A stretch of DNA of 64,000 nt from the human T2T-CHM13v2.0 reference genome, Homo sapiens. The stretch lies in the NCBI RefSeq assembly GCF_009914755.1, contig NC_060934.1. The stretch is one strand, 5' to 3'. Position numbers and translations under genes: made by a program. The notes below the pieces were generated by a model. The model searched no databases. It was not told the DNA's origin and saw only the letters and a program-made list of their open reading frames with translations. This document shows, piece after piece, positions 1 to 16,250 of the stretch (the first letter of the stretch is position 1; the number at the start of each line of letters is the position of its first letter).

Positions 1-592
1 GTGTGAGATAACAATCATTCTCAAGTAAGTCACATCAAGATCTGCATGCTCCTTTCTGAAAAGAATGACTTCACATGATTGCTACAAACTGAACATGGAA
101 TGATTGCAGAGTTTATGGAAAATCTATGTTCAAAAAACTATTCCAGCACGTTGTTTAATATCACTTTACCAAATTAGCAATAGGTACTTTCTCTTAGAAC
201 AGTTCTCAAAGGGGCACTCACAAAGATTTCCACCTTAATCAAAAGAGCCAGAACGTACTCTCCCTTTGAAGATGTCACTCACAGTAGGCAAAACCCCCCA
301 TGATCATGTTGGTAAAACATGGTGAGTCCAGAGAGCTCAGATGTTTGAAAGACTTCTGCTCACCAGCAATGAACAGAAGCCAATGTTATAACATCTGAAT
401 TCTGGATGATATTCACTTGAGTAGAGAATAAAGAGATTGTACAATACATTTTAAAAACTGGTTTCTTAGTCTCTTGGGTCCCTGAAATTTCTGTCCCATT
501 ACTTACTATAACCAAAATTTGCTTAAAGGGCTAATCCTTGATTTTGCAAGCACCTAATTCAATTTTTGTGTGCAATAAAAAAGGGAAATAAC

Positions 593-4373
<3,781 letters not shown>

Positions 4374-4446
4374 AAAAAGGGAAATAACCATAGTAGGGCT
4401 TGGTTACATGGATTGTGTAAATCCATACAAAGAAATATGAATAGGA

Positions 4447-4489
4447 GCTCCAGTAGTATAATCAGTTAGAGCTCAGTACTTATATGACA
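4447..4489 (+). pseudogene. Tailless retropseudogene of the 5' half of tRNA-Ile(TAT)
   Basis: GCTCCAGTAGTATAATCAGTTAGAGCTCAGTACTTATA matches the tRNA-Ile-TAT 5' half GCTCCAGTGGCGCAATCGGTTAGCGCGCGGTACTTATA, mostly differing at CpGs. It is flanked by the 17-bp direct repeat ACAAAGAAATATGAATA (4427-4443, 4487-4503). Confidence 0.88.
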
Positions 4490-4954
4490 AAGAAATATGA
4501 ATACATGTAGCCATTAAATTGAAACTATGGAACTATATATACTTGTACAGAAAGATATCCAAGATATGCTAAGTGAAAAAAGAAATGTGCAGAAGTGTAT
4601 GCAAAATATGTATTCATCTGAGTAAACAGAAAATGTGTGTTTGTGTGTGTTTGAATATAAATAGAAGCTTTATAAAACAGCCTATGTAAGAAATCTAACA
4701 GTCATTTCTGGGAAGAATTTGGAATGGGAAAGGGGGAAATTTTTCTATACCTTTCTTATTATTTAAACTTAAAAAAACTACAAGAAGCATTATTTTTATA
4801 CATTTTAAGAAACTAATGACAAAACAATTGGCAAAAAAGGGAAAAAATTGAAGATAATATGTTCTAAAACAACTCTATATGAATGTAGTTAAATGATCAT
4901 TTTAATGTGAAACACATGGCAGTCAATGGCTTTATAATGCATGGGGAAGAATTA

Positions 4955-5175
4955 CAGGGTTTGGAGCCAGACAGATCCAAGATTAAATCCCAATAGCGCA
5001 GCACTTAGTGTAAAGCTCTGGGCAGGTCATGTAAGCTTTCTGAAACCTACTTTTCACATGTGTCAAATAGATATAATCATACATTTCTTACAGGCTCATC
5101 ATGAGAATGCTGATGATAGTAAAATACTTGGCTTACTGTGCACCTCACAGTGGATGTTCAATAAATTGTTGGCTG
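4955..5175 (+). mobile_element. MIR SINE
   Basis: MIR core-like GGAGCCAGACAGA...AAATCCC...CTCTGGGCAGGTCA and 3' end GATGTTCAATAAAT. Confidence 0.7.
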
Positions 5176-7432
5176 TACTCATTACACTATACAAGCTGTG
5201 TAGACTTGGGAAAGTTTCAGCATCTCTCAACTTCAGTTTCTGCATCAGATAGCAGAAAAAAATTAGTTTCTGTCATATTGACTGCAAGGAGTTGAGCTCA
5301 GGGAGTTAGCAAATGGTATTTTTCATGTGTCTCTCCAAATTTCCCAAAAACTATATGTGGAGGTAGTTTTAAACCCATGGAATAGAGGAAAACTATTTCT
5401 TTTCATTAAATCCCCTCCGTGATCAGCCTACAAAGGTCAATTCTAGTTGAATGCATTCCCAATGGCATTCTCCTTTATGGCTCGTTGCTCAAAACCTTAG
5501 TTGATTCTTATATTGAAGACTACCAACTCATGTCCCTGGGCAGTAATGACAATTGACGTCCTAGCAAATTTATTTTGATCAGAAACCACAACTCAGTCTT
5601 GCTACATTAAAAAAATAATAATTTGAATAAAAATTTTTATTATGGGTTTTCTAATTACACTCTATAAATATTTCCACAGATCTACAACTGTGTATACTAG
5701 ATGCTTGTGTCCAAAAATATTGGTTGGTTCAAATATTTTTGTATAGTAATAGAAAAAAAAATAATCTGTTAGCAGTAAAAGGGACTCTATCTGTGCTTAA
5801 TTAAGTCCTCTGAAAAATACCAGACCAGCTTTCCATGTGAAGCCAGTCAGCTTGGTTTATTTATCATGTATATTTTGTGAGTATGAAAAGGTATCTAGTA
5901 TAAAAGTCTTAAAGGAAATATACTTCTCAGTCTTTTCAATTTACTCTATGAACAAATTGTGTAAAATATAATAAAATTTAACCATTAACTCTTTAGTCTG
6001 TGTTTCTAGTAGATATTATTAACACATTCAACAAATTTAATGATTACTTAATATCATCCTATTCAAAGCTTAGCCTATGTTCAAATGTCTCTGATGTTGT
6101 AAAACATATTGTTGAATCAGAGTCCAAACAAGATCTATGTGCTGTATTTGTATGTATGTGACATGTTTTTCAGGGGTACATGGAGCAAACAATTGATCAC
6201 ACATCTCTACAAATTTGACAGGATTAAAAACAAACAGAATATGCCTTTTGATCATAATGGGATTAAACTAGAAATCAATAATAAAAAGAAAACTAGAAAG
6301 CACCCCAAATCTTTGGAGATTAAGCAGATATATTTACATAGTTTATGAATCAAAGAAGAAGTCACAATTGTAGTATCTGGAATATAATAACCTGAATGTA
6401 TAATTTAATAAACTGTGTAAATAGACAGAAAGATTCAATACTATAGCGATGTCAAGGATATGTATAGTTCCATCCAAAAATTTTATGTGAAGGAGCAATG
6501 ACCTAAAATGAACCCAGATACAATTGTTTCACTTATTTTTTATTTTAGTAAAATATACGCAACAAAAAATTTACCATTTTAGCCATTTTAAAATTAACAA
6601 TTCAGTTGCACTTATTGCATTCACAATGTTGACCAACCATCACAGTAGTTTGTTACTTCTTGTGGCTAAATGATATTCCATTGTAGGGCTATGCCATATT
6701 TGTTTGTCTACTCATCAGTTGCTGGGGTGTTACCACATTTTGGTTATTGTGAACAGTGTTGCCATGAAGATTCTGTACAAAGTTTTGTTTGAACACATGT
6801 TTTCAATTCTTCGTGGTATATATCTAGGAGTGAAACTGCTGGATCATGATAAGTCTATGTTTAACTTATTAAAGAACTGCCAAACTGTCTTCCACAGTGG
6901 CTGCACCATTTTACATTCCTACCAGCAACGTATGAAAGCTCTAGTTTCTGTATATTCTCATTAACACTTATTCTCTTTTAAAAAATATATAGTCATTCTA
7001 GTGTGTGTAAAGTGGTATCTCATTATCTCATTGTGTTTGTTATTTGCATTTCCCTAGTGACTAGTGATATTGAATATCTTTTCATGTGCTGTTGACCATT
7101 TGTATATCTTGTTTCACCATTTGTATACTTTGTAGAAATGTCTATTTAAGTTCTTTGCCTATTTTAAAAATTGGACTGTTCATCCTTTTGTTGCTGAGGT
7201 GTAAGAGTTCTTTATATATTCTGGATACTAGATTCTTATCAGAAGTATGAATTTCAAATATTTTCTCCTATTTTGTGAGTTTGATTTTTATTCTCTGGAT
7301 AGTGTCCTTGATGCACAGAAGTTTTAAATTTTGATGAAGTTCAATATATCTATATTTTTCTGTTATGGCTTGTGCTGTTGGTGTCATCACTAGGAAAGTA
7401 TTTCCAAATCCAAGGTCATGAAGAATTACCCC

Positions 7433-7898
7433 TGTATTACTTTCCCAGGCTGCTGTAATGAGGTACCAAATTGGGTGGCTTAAACAAAATAAATTTATTG
7501 CCTCATGGTCCTGGAGGCTACGGATTCAAAGATGTCAGCATGGCCAGGCTATGCTCTTTCTGGCAGCTTAGGAGAAAATCCTTCCTTACCTCTACCAGCT
7601 TCTGGTGTTTGCTGGCAATTCTTGTCATTCCATGGCTTGCAGATGCATCACTTCAGTCATGTAGCCATCTTCTTTCTGTGTAGTCACATCATATTCTCTC
7701 TGTGCGTGCTTGTCTTTATGTCCACAATTTCCCTTTTTACAAAGATACCAGTCATATTGAATTAGGGCCCACCTTAATGACCTCATTTTAACTTGATTAC
7801 CTTTGTAAAGATTCTATTTCTAAATAAGGTTATATTTTGAGGTATTTAGGGTTAGCATTTCTGTATGTTTTATGAGGGGCATAATTCAACCCACAACA
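7433..7898 (-). mobile_element. MLT1 (MaLR) solo LTR
   Basis: TG...CA termini, MLT1 motifs, 5-bp TSD ACCCC (7428-7432, 7899-7903). Confidence 0.88.
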
Positions 7899-8867
7899 AC
7901 CCCTTTCTTGCAAGTTTTAGCTCTTGTATTTACGTCTTTGACCCATTTTGTGTTAATTTTTGTATATGGTGTGAGATGAGGGTCAAACTTCCTAGCACCA
8001 TTTGCTGAATAAACTATTCTTTCCCCATTTAATGATTTGGGCAACTGTGTTGAAAATCCGCTGACCACAGATTTATGGGTTTATTTCTGACCTTTCAATT
8101 TATTCCAATGATCTGTATGTCTACTCTTATACTATACCATCTGACTTAATAACTGTAGCTTTGTAATATGTTTTGGAATTGGGAAGTGTGTCTTCCAACT
8201 TTGCTCTTTTTCAAAATTGTTTTAGCTATTGAGGGTGACTTGCAATACCATATGAATTTTAGAATCCACTTTTTCATTTCTGCAAAATAGGTTGTTGGGA
8301 TTTTGATAGGGATTGAATTGACCCTGTAGATTACTTTGGGAAGTATTGCCATCTTAACAATATTAAGTCTTCTGACCTTAAACATTGGGTGTCTTTTACT
8401 TCTTCTTTCAGCAGTGTTTTGTAGTTTTCTAGGTGTAGGTTTTGCACCTTCTTGGTTAAATTTATTCTTAAGGATTTTATATTTTTTTAAATACTATTGT
8501 AAGATAATGCTGGACTCAGAATGAGGTGAGAATGTTATCTCCTCTTCTATTTTGTCAAAGAGTTTGAGGATTAGTGTCAATTTTTAAATAAAAATTTGGT
8601 AGAATTCATCAGTAAGTCAACCGCTCCTGAGCTTTTCTTACTGAGAAAATTTTTAAGTGTTTAATATTTGTTTGTTTTTCTGATTCAATCTTTTTACTTC
8701 TTATAAGTCTGTTCACATTTTTCCTTTCTGCTTGAGTCAGCTTTGGCAATTTGTACGTTTCCAGGAATTTGTTCATTTTATTTAAGTTACCTAATTTGTT
8801 GGCATACAATTGTTTATGGTATTCTCTTATAATCATGTTTATTTCTGTAATGTAATAGTAATAGTAA

Positions 8868-9261
8868 TCCCCCCTTTCACTCAGATTCATGTGTTGAAGC
8901 CTTAACACTCAGTACCTCAGAATGTGACTATATTTGTAGACACGGCTTTTAAAGATGTGATTAAGTTAAAATGAGGCTTTTATGGTGTACCTAATCCAAT
9001 CTGTCTGATGTCCTTATAAAAAGAGCAGATGAGGATACACAGAGAGAAATCAGGGATGCACATGTACAGAGACAACCATGGAAGAGGCAGCAAGATAGTG
9101 ATCTCTTTCTGTAAACCAAGGAAAGAGGCCTCAGGAGAAACCAAGTCTGCTGACACCTGGGTCTTGAACTTCTAGTCTTTGAAACTCTGAGAAAATAAAT
9201 TTTTATTGTTTAAACACCCATCTGTGGTTTTTTTTTATAGAAACCCTAGTAAACTAATACA
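8868..9261 (+). mobile_element. MLT1B-like solo LTR
   Basis: CAGTACCTCAGAATGTGACT...GAGAAAATAAAT...AAACTAATACA; probable TSD GTAAT; 5' end degraded. Confidence 0.82.
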
Positions 9262-12200
9262 GTAATGATCCACTTTCATGTCTGATTTTACTCATTTGAG
9301 TCTTCTTTCTTTCTTAGTCTAGCTAAAGTTTGTCAATTTTGTTGATCTTTACAGATAACAACTTTTGGTTTTGTTGATTCTACTATTTTTCTATCTCTTT
9401 TTAATTCATCTCCCTTCTAATCATTATTTATTTATTTCTGCTAGCTTTGAGCTTAGTTTGCTTTTTTTTTCTAGTTCTTCAAGATATAAAGTTAGGTTTT
9501 TGGTTGAAGATCTTTCTTATTTTTTAATGTAATTATTTACAGCTGTAAATTTTCCCCAAGTGCTGCTTTCTCTTCATGCCAAAAGTTTGAAAATTGTTCA
9601 TTTTAATTTGTCTTAAAATACTTTCTACTTTTCCCTGGTGAGTTCTTCTTTAACTCATTAGTGATTTAAGAGTATGTTGATTAACTTTTTTAAAATTTGA
9701 AATTAAATGACACTCTTAAACAACCAATAGATTAAAGAAGAAACCACTAGGAAAAAATAAAAAATACTTCAAGATACTGGAAATTTCCTTCTGTTATTTA
9801 TTTCTAGTTTCACTCCATTGTGGTTACAGAACATACTTTGTATAATTTTAGTCTTCTTAAATTTACTGAGACTTGTTTGGTAGCCTAACATATGGTCTAT
9901 TTTGGAGAATGATCACTTTGCAGCTGAGGAAAATGCGTATTCTACTGCTGTTGAGAGAAATGTTCTGTGTATATCTTAGATCTAAATGGTTTATATTGTT
10001 CAAATTTTCTATTTTCTTTTTTGTCTTCTGTCTACTTGTTCTATCCATTTTCAAAAGTGGGATATTTAAGTCTTTGACTATCACTATAAAACTATTTCTC
10101 CATTTAATTCTGTCACCTTTTATTTCATGTATGTTATGGTTCTACTGTTAGGTGTGTACACTACTTATTTAAAAAAACAAAAAATACATAAAATAAAAAT
10201 ATAGGTAATGTATTTATAATTGTTATATCACCTTGATGGAATTACTCATTCAAAATATATAATGTCCTTCTTAGTTTCTTATTATAATTTCCGTTTTAAA
10301 GCTTATTTTGTCTGATATAGCCATCTCTACTCTCTTTCTGTTACTATTTGCAGGTAATGGCTTTTTCCACCTCACAACTCAATCTTCGTCTTTCAATCTC
10401 ATGCAAGTTTCTTGTGGACAGAATATAGCTAGATCATGTTTTTTTAAAAATCCATTATGCCGGTACCTGCCTTTTAATTGAAGTGCAATGCATTTACATT
10501 TAAAGTCATTATCAATAAGGAATGATACACTTCTGCCTTAATTTTTTTTCTGTTTGTTTTACGTCTTTTATGTTTTTCAGTCATGCCATTAATGTCTTCT
10601 CTCTGTTTAGTTTTCTTTTAGTGTACTATTTTGATTCACATCTTGCTTCCTTTTTTGAATATTTTTTAGTCATTTTCTTAGTGTTTAACCTGTGGATTAT
10701 AAGTAATATCTTAAATTTATAAGATTCTAGTTGGAAGTAAAACGAATTTAACTTTGAAAGTATACAAGAATTCTGCTTGTAATATAACTTCGTTTCTCCC
10801 CTTTTATATTGTTATTGTTACAAATTACATCTTTATAAATTGCATACCAATTAACATAGAATTATAAATTTTTAAAATGCATTTTCTTTTAAATCATATA
10901 GAAAAAAGGATTAGTTACAATACTAAAATGCAATAATACTTGCATTTATATTTGTCTAAGTAGTTAATTTAACCAGCTTTTAAAAATTTATTTGTATGGC
11001 TTCAGTTTTCTGTCTAGTATGTTTTTATTTCTGCCTGAAGGACTCCATTTAGCATTTTTTGTTGGGTAAGTAGGTCTACTAGCAATAAACTTTGTCAGCT
11101 TTTGTTTATCTGGAAATACCTTAGTTTTTTCTTCATTTTTGAAGAATAGTTTTGGCAGATTCAGTTGGTAGTTTTTTGTTGTTGTTGTTGTTTGTTTTGT
11201 TTTAGGCACTTTAAATATGATGTTCCATTGCCTTCTGCCTTCTATGGTTTCTGACAAGAAATCAGTGGTTAATGTTATTGAAGATCTCTTTTGTATGGCA
11301 GGTCACTTCTCTCTTGCTACTTCCAGAAATCTCTTCTTGCCTTTGTCTTTTAACAGTTTGATTACAGTGTGTTTTGGTGTGTACCTCTTTGAGTGTATTC
11401 TACTTAGAGTTTATTGATCTGCTTGGATGCATAGATTAGTGTCTTTTATCAAATTTGGGAAGGTTTTGTCCATCATTTCTTTTAACATCATTTTTGTTCT
11501 GTTTTCATTCTTTCTTCTCTTTCTGGGACTTCCATAATGTGTATGTTCATATGCTTGATGGTGTCCCACAGGTCTCTTAGACTCTGTTCATTTTTTCTTT
11601 ATTCTTTTTTATTTCTGCTTCTCAGACTGGATGATTTCAATTGACCTATCTCCAAGTTTGCTGGTTTGTTCTTTTGCCTACTCAAATCTGGCATTCAGCC
11701 TCTTTGTTAAATTTTTTATTGTTGTTATTGTACTTTGAAGCTCCAGAATGTCTATATGGGTCTTTATTTATAAGTTCTATTTGTTCATTAATATTCTTTA
11801 ATTGGTGAGATATAATTTTCCTGGTTTCCTCTTTGCATGTTTTAAAGACAGTTGACTTAAAGTCGTTTTCTAGTCAGTCTAATAGCCAAACTTCTTCAGG
11901 GACAATTTTAGTCCATTTTTTTTTCATGGTAATGACTATAATTTCTTGTGTTCATGTGTGTGTGTATTTTTTGCATGCCTCATCATTTTTGTTGAAAATT
12001 AGGGATACATTTGGAATATTGTAATTTGATAACTCTGAAAATTGCATTTTCCCTTCTCCCAGAAATTTTTTGCTGGTGCTTTTTGTGGACTTTGGTTATT
12101 TGTACAGTGACTTTTCTAAACTACTTGCATAAAGTCTGTATTATTTGTTATATGTGGTATCTGAAGTCTCTGTTCCACTAGCCTAGTGGTAAGATAGTGA

Positions 12201-14499
12201 TTTCACAGAGATTTCCTTAAATGCCCAGAGCCAAAACATCTTGCAGTCTTTGCAGCCGGACTCTGTGTGTGTGTGTGTGTTGAGGCATGATTTTAACACT
12301 TCGCTGGGCAGTTTGAAACTCTTCCTTTGTCTCACTTCCTTCATGTGAAGAACTGAAAGGCCATCCAGAGGACCTTCTGAGGTGTTTTCTGAGCATGCCC
12401 CCTATCTGGGACATGCATGTAGCCCTCTAGATTGCCAAATATAAGTAAAGGATTTTCAAAGCTCTTATTTCCCACAATATCTCACTTCCTAATCTTTCTC
12501 AAAGGCTTTTAAAAGTGTCTATTGTTTTAGTCAACTGGTACACTTAGACACTGCTGGTAGCAAGTAATTCATTTGCCTTGAAAGGTTTTTGTAAAGTCTC
12601 TCTACATAGCAGCTCCTATGTCTTAAAAGAGTTCCAAGTTAGATTAAAAATGGGGAAGCTCTTTGCATTAGTCCTTCAGGGAGTGACCAGACAGGTCCAA
12701 ACAATTAACCATAAGTCTTTGAAAACAAGATCAGCTCTGCTCCCTCCAAAAGCTGTCATTTTCCAGATTACCAAGCTGGGAGAGAGAGTAATAGGACAAG
12801 GGTAAGTTAAAGCACCACAAATTTTTACTACCAAGTTTCAGTTTCCCTTTTCTTGATTGTATTTGCTTGGTTGCTATAAACCATTGACTGCTTTCCAAAG
12901 TTCTGATAAAATTGATTCTAACACTTTTTGCCAGTTTTTCAGTGCTTTTGTGAAGGGACAGGCTCTTGAAGTTCCCTTCTTTGCTGTTTTTCCTGCTATT
13001 TCTCAGACATGTTTTAAGAAATAGAAACATGGTGGACTTAATATAACAGTTATTAAAAGTTGTGAAGCTAGTATAATAACATAGTGTGGTTTGTTTTACA
13101 GTTAGTCAAGCTGATGAATAGACAAGAAGAGAAAGCACACAGATGGGCTTCAATGATATTATGTTCCTCTTTTTTAGTTTGGTTGACGGGTGCCAATTTT
13201 TACATATAGTCTTTTGAGAGCATCAAATATTACATAATAAAATGTGTTTAAAGTCTACTTAGACACTGGAAAATATATTACTAGATAACTATTGCATTGA
13301 AAATAAATTCAAAGCAAATTACAAACTATCTAGAAAGTAATACACTGCTGCAAAAGCTATACCAAAGAAGTTAAGCGTTAGTCTTAAACACTTCAATTAT
13401 TAAAGAAGAAATAATAAAAAAGGAGGGAGTGTTTAGTATAAATCTTAAGAACATTGAAAAGGCTCAACAAAATAAACTAACAGAGCTAGAAAGATGAAAT
13501 CTTAAGACAGAAAAGCAACAATTACTAAATGTAAAGCTAAAAAATCAAAAGATAAGAAAATCCAAGTGGAAAATATCACTAAAATTAAACTCCTATTTAG
13601 TTTTATTAAGAAAAAATGAATAGATAATGACAGATTTTCCTCAGTTCTAAGAAGGAAGCAAACAGGATTCTATGATGAAAAAATAACTTAGGTGAATGAA
13701 TAAAGATAGCATGGTGGGAGGAAAGTTTCCCCAATCCAAGGATGAGAAAGACCTAGTCTAGATCTAGGACAATTGGAGGTGGTGATGAAAATATTTCTAG
13801 GATGTTCTTGAGTTCAGAAAGAGCATGGTGTGCTTAAAATTTTCCCTCACTTTTTATGTCTAGGACGCAGGAAACAAGGAGGTACAGATTATATGTAGTA
13901 GCACAACACCTGAATAAATGAATGACATCACAGAATCTGTCTTTTTTTGCAAATAGCCACAAAGTTGGAACAAGAAGAAAAATGAGACATATATATCAGA
14001 GAAGCCACAAACTAGATAATCAAGCTCTGGACTTTATCTGAACACCTATTCCAGAGGGAGATATTTTTTTCCCTCTCTTATAAGTTTTCAACTCAGGGAA
14101 TTGTGCTTGGTTTGCTTATTTTATCATGCAACTTAATACATGTGTTAGTCACTTCCTGTGTGCTCAATCTACTATGGAGATAAATTAGATCCCCAACAAC
14201 CAGGAAGTATATTAATAATCTCTGTGATGCTCTTATTCACCGTGCATGAGTGATTTGAATGTTAATTAGTATTTGTAAAGTAGGAAGAGAAACAGGAGTG
14301 AAGTGTTGGTTTATTTTCATTACCTGATAATAATGCGTCTATCACAACATTATTACATACATAAAGAATAATATCCTACTGCCCTGTCATCTTGGCAAGT
14401 TAATAAACATGAATCTTTATCTTATTGTATGGGGAAAGATTTTGAGCCGGTAAGATGAATTAATAAAATGGGATCTTCAAAGGGGATTCAAAATAATAA

Positions 14500-15225
14500 T
14501 AAAATCTATATCTATAGTTGCAACATGTTTCCTAAATTTCAGACCCACATATTCAAAGGCTTATTCAATAGATTCTGATAGATATCTATAATGTAAACAT
14601 ATCCAAAATGTTAGAGATTATCTTACCCCCAAATTCAACAGGTACACCATGGAATTCTCCATCTTTTCCCCAAGTTATACTCTTCTGTATTTCCTATCTC
14701 CATATTCAGCACGAATATCTACTACCTCCCTAAGTCGGAAATCTGAGAGACATCTTATCCTTCCAACTCTTGTCACATCCACAACAAATATATCTCTATT
14801 TCCTATTGATTCTACTTTTTAAATTATACTTAAATCCTATAGCTTCTCCATCTCTACTGACAACATTTCAGTTCAGGCCCTCGTTAAACTTTTAGAATCC
14901 TGTAATAACCTCCTAATTTTCTCCTGACTCAACTCTTGTTGTTCTCCAATTTATTTACTATGCATTGGTCCCAAGTGATCCTTATAAAATGCAAATTTCC
15001 TTGCCTTTCTTCTCAGCTTAAAAGGCATCATTGTGCCCTATGGTATTTTTAAAAAGATTTAAATTTAAAAAATTTAAATTTTAAATCCAACATTTTTAGT
15101 TTGGTCCCAACAATTCTTCATGATCTGTTCTTTGCCTCTTTTTCATATGTGCCTGACACGATAGCCATGGTGAGCTACTTGGGCCTACCATATAGTTTCA
15201 TTCCTCTGGGCCTTTACACATGCTG
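14500..15225 (+). mobile_element. L2 LINE fragment
   Basis: Pyrimidine-rich L2-like motifs (CAGACCCACATATTCAA, CTTCTCCATCTCTACTG, TTCAGGCCCTC). Confidence 0.65.
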
Positions 15226-15227
15226 CT

Positions 15228-15532
15228 TGCCTGGGCATGCCTGCAGCAGACTAGAGGCCCACAGGCACTGGGACAATGGGGTGGAGCCACCAGGAATTCA
15301 CACCTTATGCAGGGGAGGAACCTGGCCTCTTCAGCTTCAGTATGGTGGCCCTGGTATTCAATGGGGGAGGTGGAAATCTGCTCTCAGGACCCCCTCTCTT
15401 CACTGAGAAGTTTCTTTTTGCTTAATAAATTCTGCTGTCCTCATCCTTCAATGTGTTCATGTGCCTAATTCTTCCTGGTCATGAGACGAGAACCCAGATT
15501 AGCTGAGCTAAGGAGCAAAAAATCCTGCATCA
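15228..15532 (+). mobile_element. ERV1 LTR, 3' part (MER61-like)
   Basis: GGGGTGGAGCCACCAGGAATTC..., AATAAA near 15424, terminus GAGCTAAGGAGCAAAAAATCCTGCATCA; subfamily from memory. Confidence 0.7.
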
Positions 15533-15893
15533 TCACCAGGCAGCTGTCCACATAATTACTGCCCACATCCTAATGGGAGTAAAATATCCACACCTACCTG
15601 CAGAGCATACTGGAGAATGTACTTTATTCTGGGCAACCACATACCCAGCTAACAGATGATATTTCTGTTAATATGGAAGAAGAGAAGAATGGATATTGGG
15701 AGACAACAGTAAGTGTGTAGTAAAACCAATGAAATAATTTACTTATTGAAAGCAATATAAAAGCCTGGTTTAAAAGTTCAACAAATCAGGTCATGTCATG
15801 CCAATCCTCCTACTGCAACAACTGGAAAAGGCCAAATAAATTGCAAAAAATATATTTCTAAAAGTGTTAGCAAACTGTGGAAGCAGTGAGAAC

Positions 15894-16250
15894 TGTATTA
15901 GTCTGCTTGGGCAACCGTAACAAAATACCATGGACTGGGGGATTTAAATAACAGAAATTTATTTTATCACAGTCTGGAGGCTGAAAGTTGAAATCAGTGC
16001 CAGCATGGTCTGGTTCTGGTGAGAGCTCTCTTCCTGGCTTGCAGATGGCTACCTTCTCTTGCTATGTCCTCACATAGCCTTTCCTCAGTGTGTGCACATG
16101 ATTAGAGAGAAAGCAGAACTTTCTAATGTCTCTTTTACAAAGGCACCAATCCTACCATGAGTCGTTACCCTGATGACCCCATTGAAACCCAACTACATCT
16201 GAAAAGCCCCATCTCCAAATACTATCACATGGGGGTTAGGGCTTCAGCAT
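15894..16250 (-). mobile_element. MLT1A-like LTR
   Basis: TGTATTAGTCTGCTTGGGC...CTTCCTGGCTTGCAGATGG...GGGGTTAGGGCTTCA. Confidence 0.82.

Larger units (their letters stand above)
6530..13010 (-). mobile_element. Ancient near full-length L1M (L1MB/MC-like): 3'UTR, ORF2, ORF1 and 5'UTR; interrupted by two MLT1 LTRs
   Basis: Minus-strand ORF2 remnants (8146-8385 [19 protein letters not shown]; 8609-8908 IIREYHKQLYANKL), ORF1 remnant (10988-11257 SETIEGRRQWNIIFKV), and an L1M-type 5'UTR near 12.2-13.0 kb. Confidence 0.85.
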
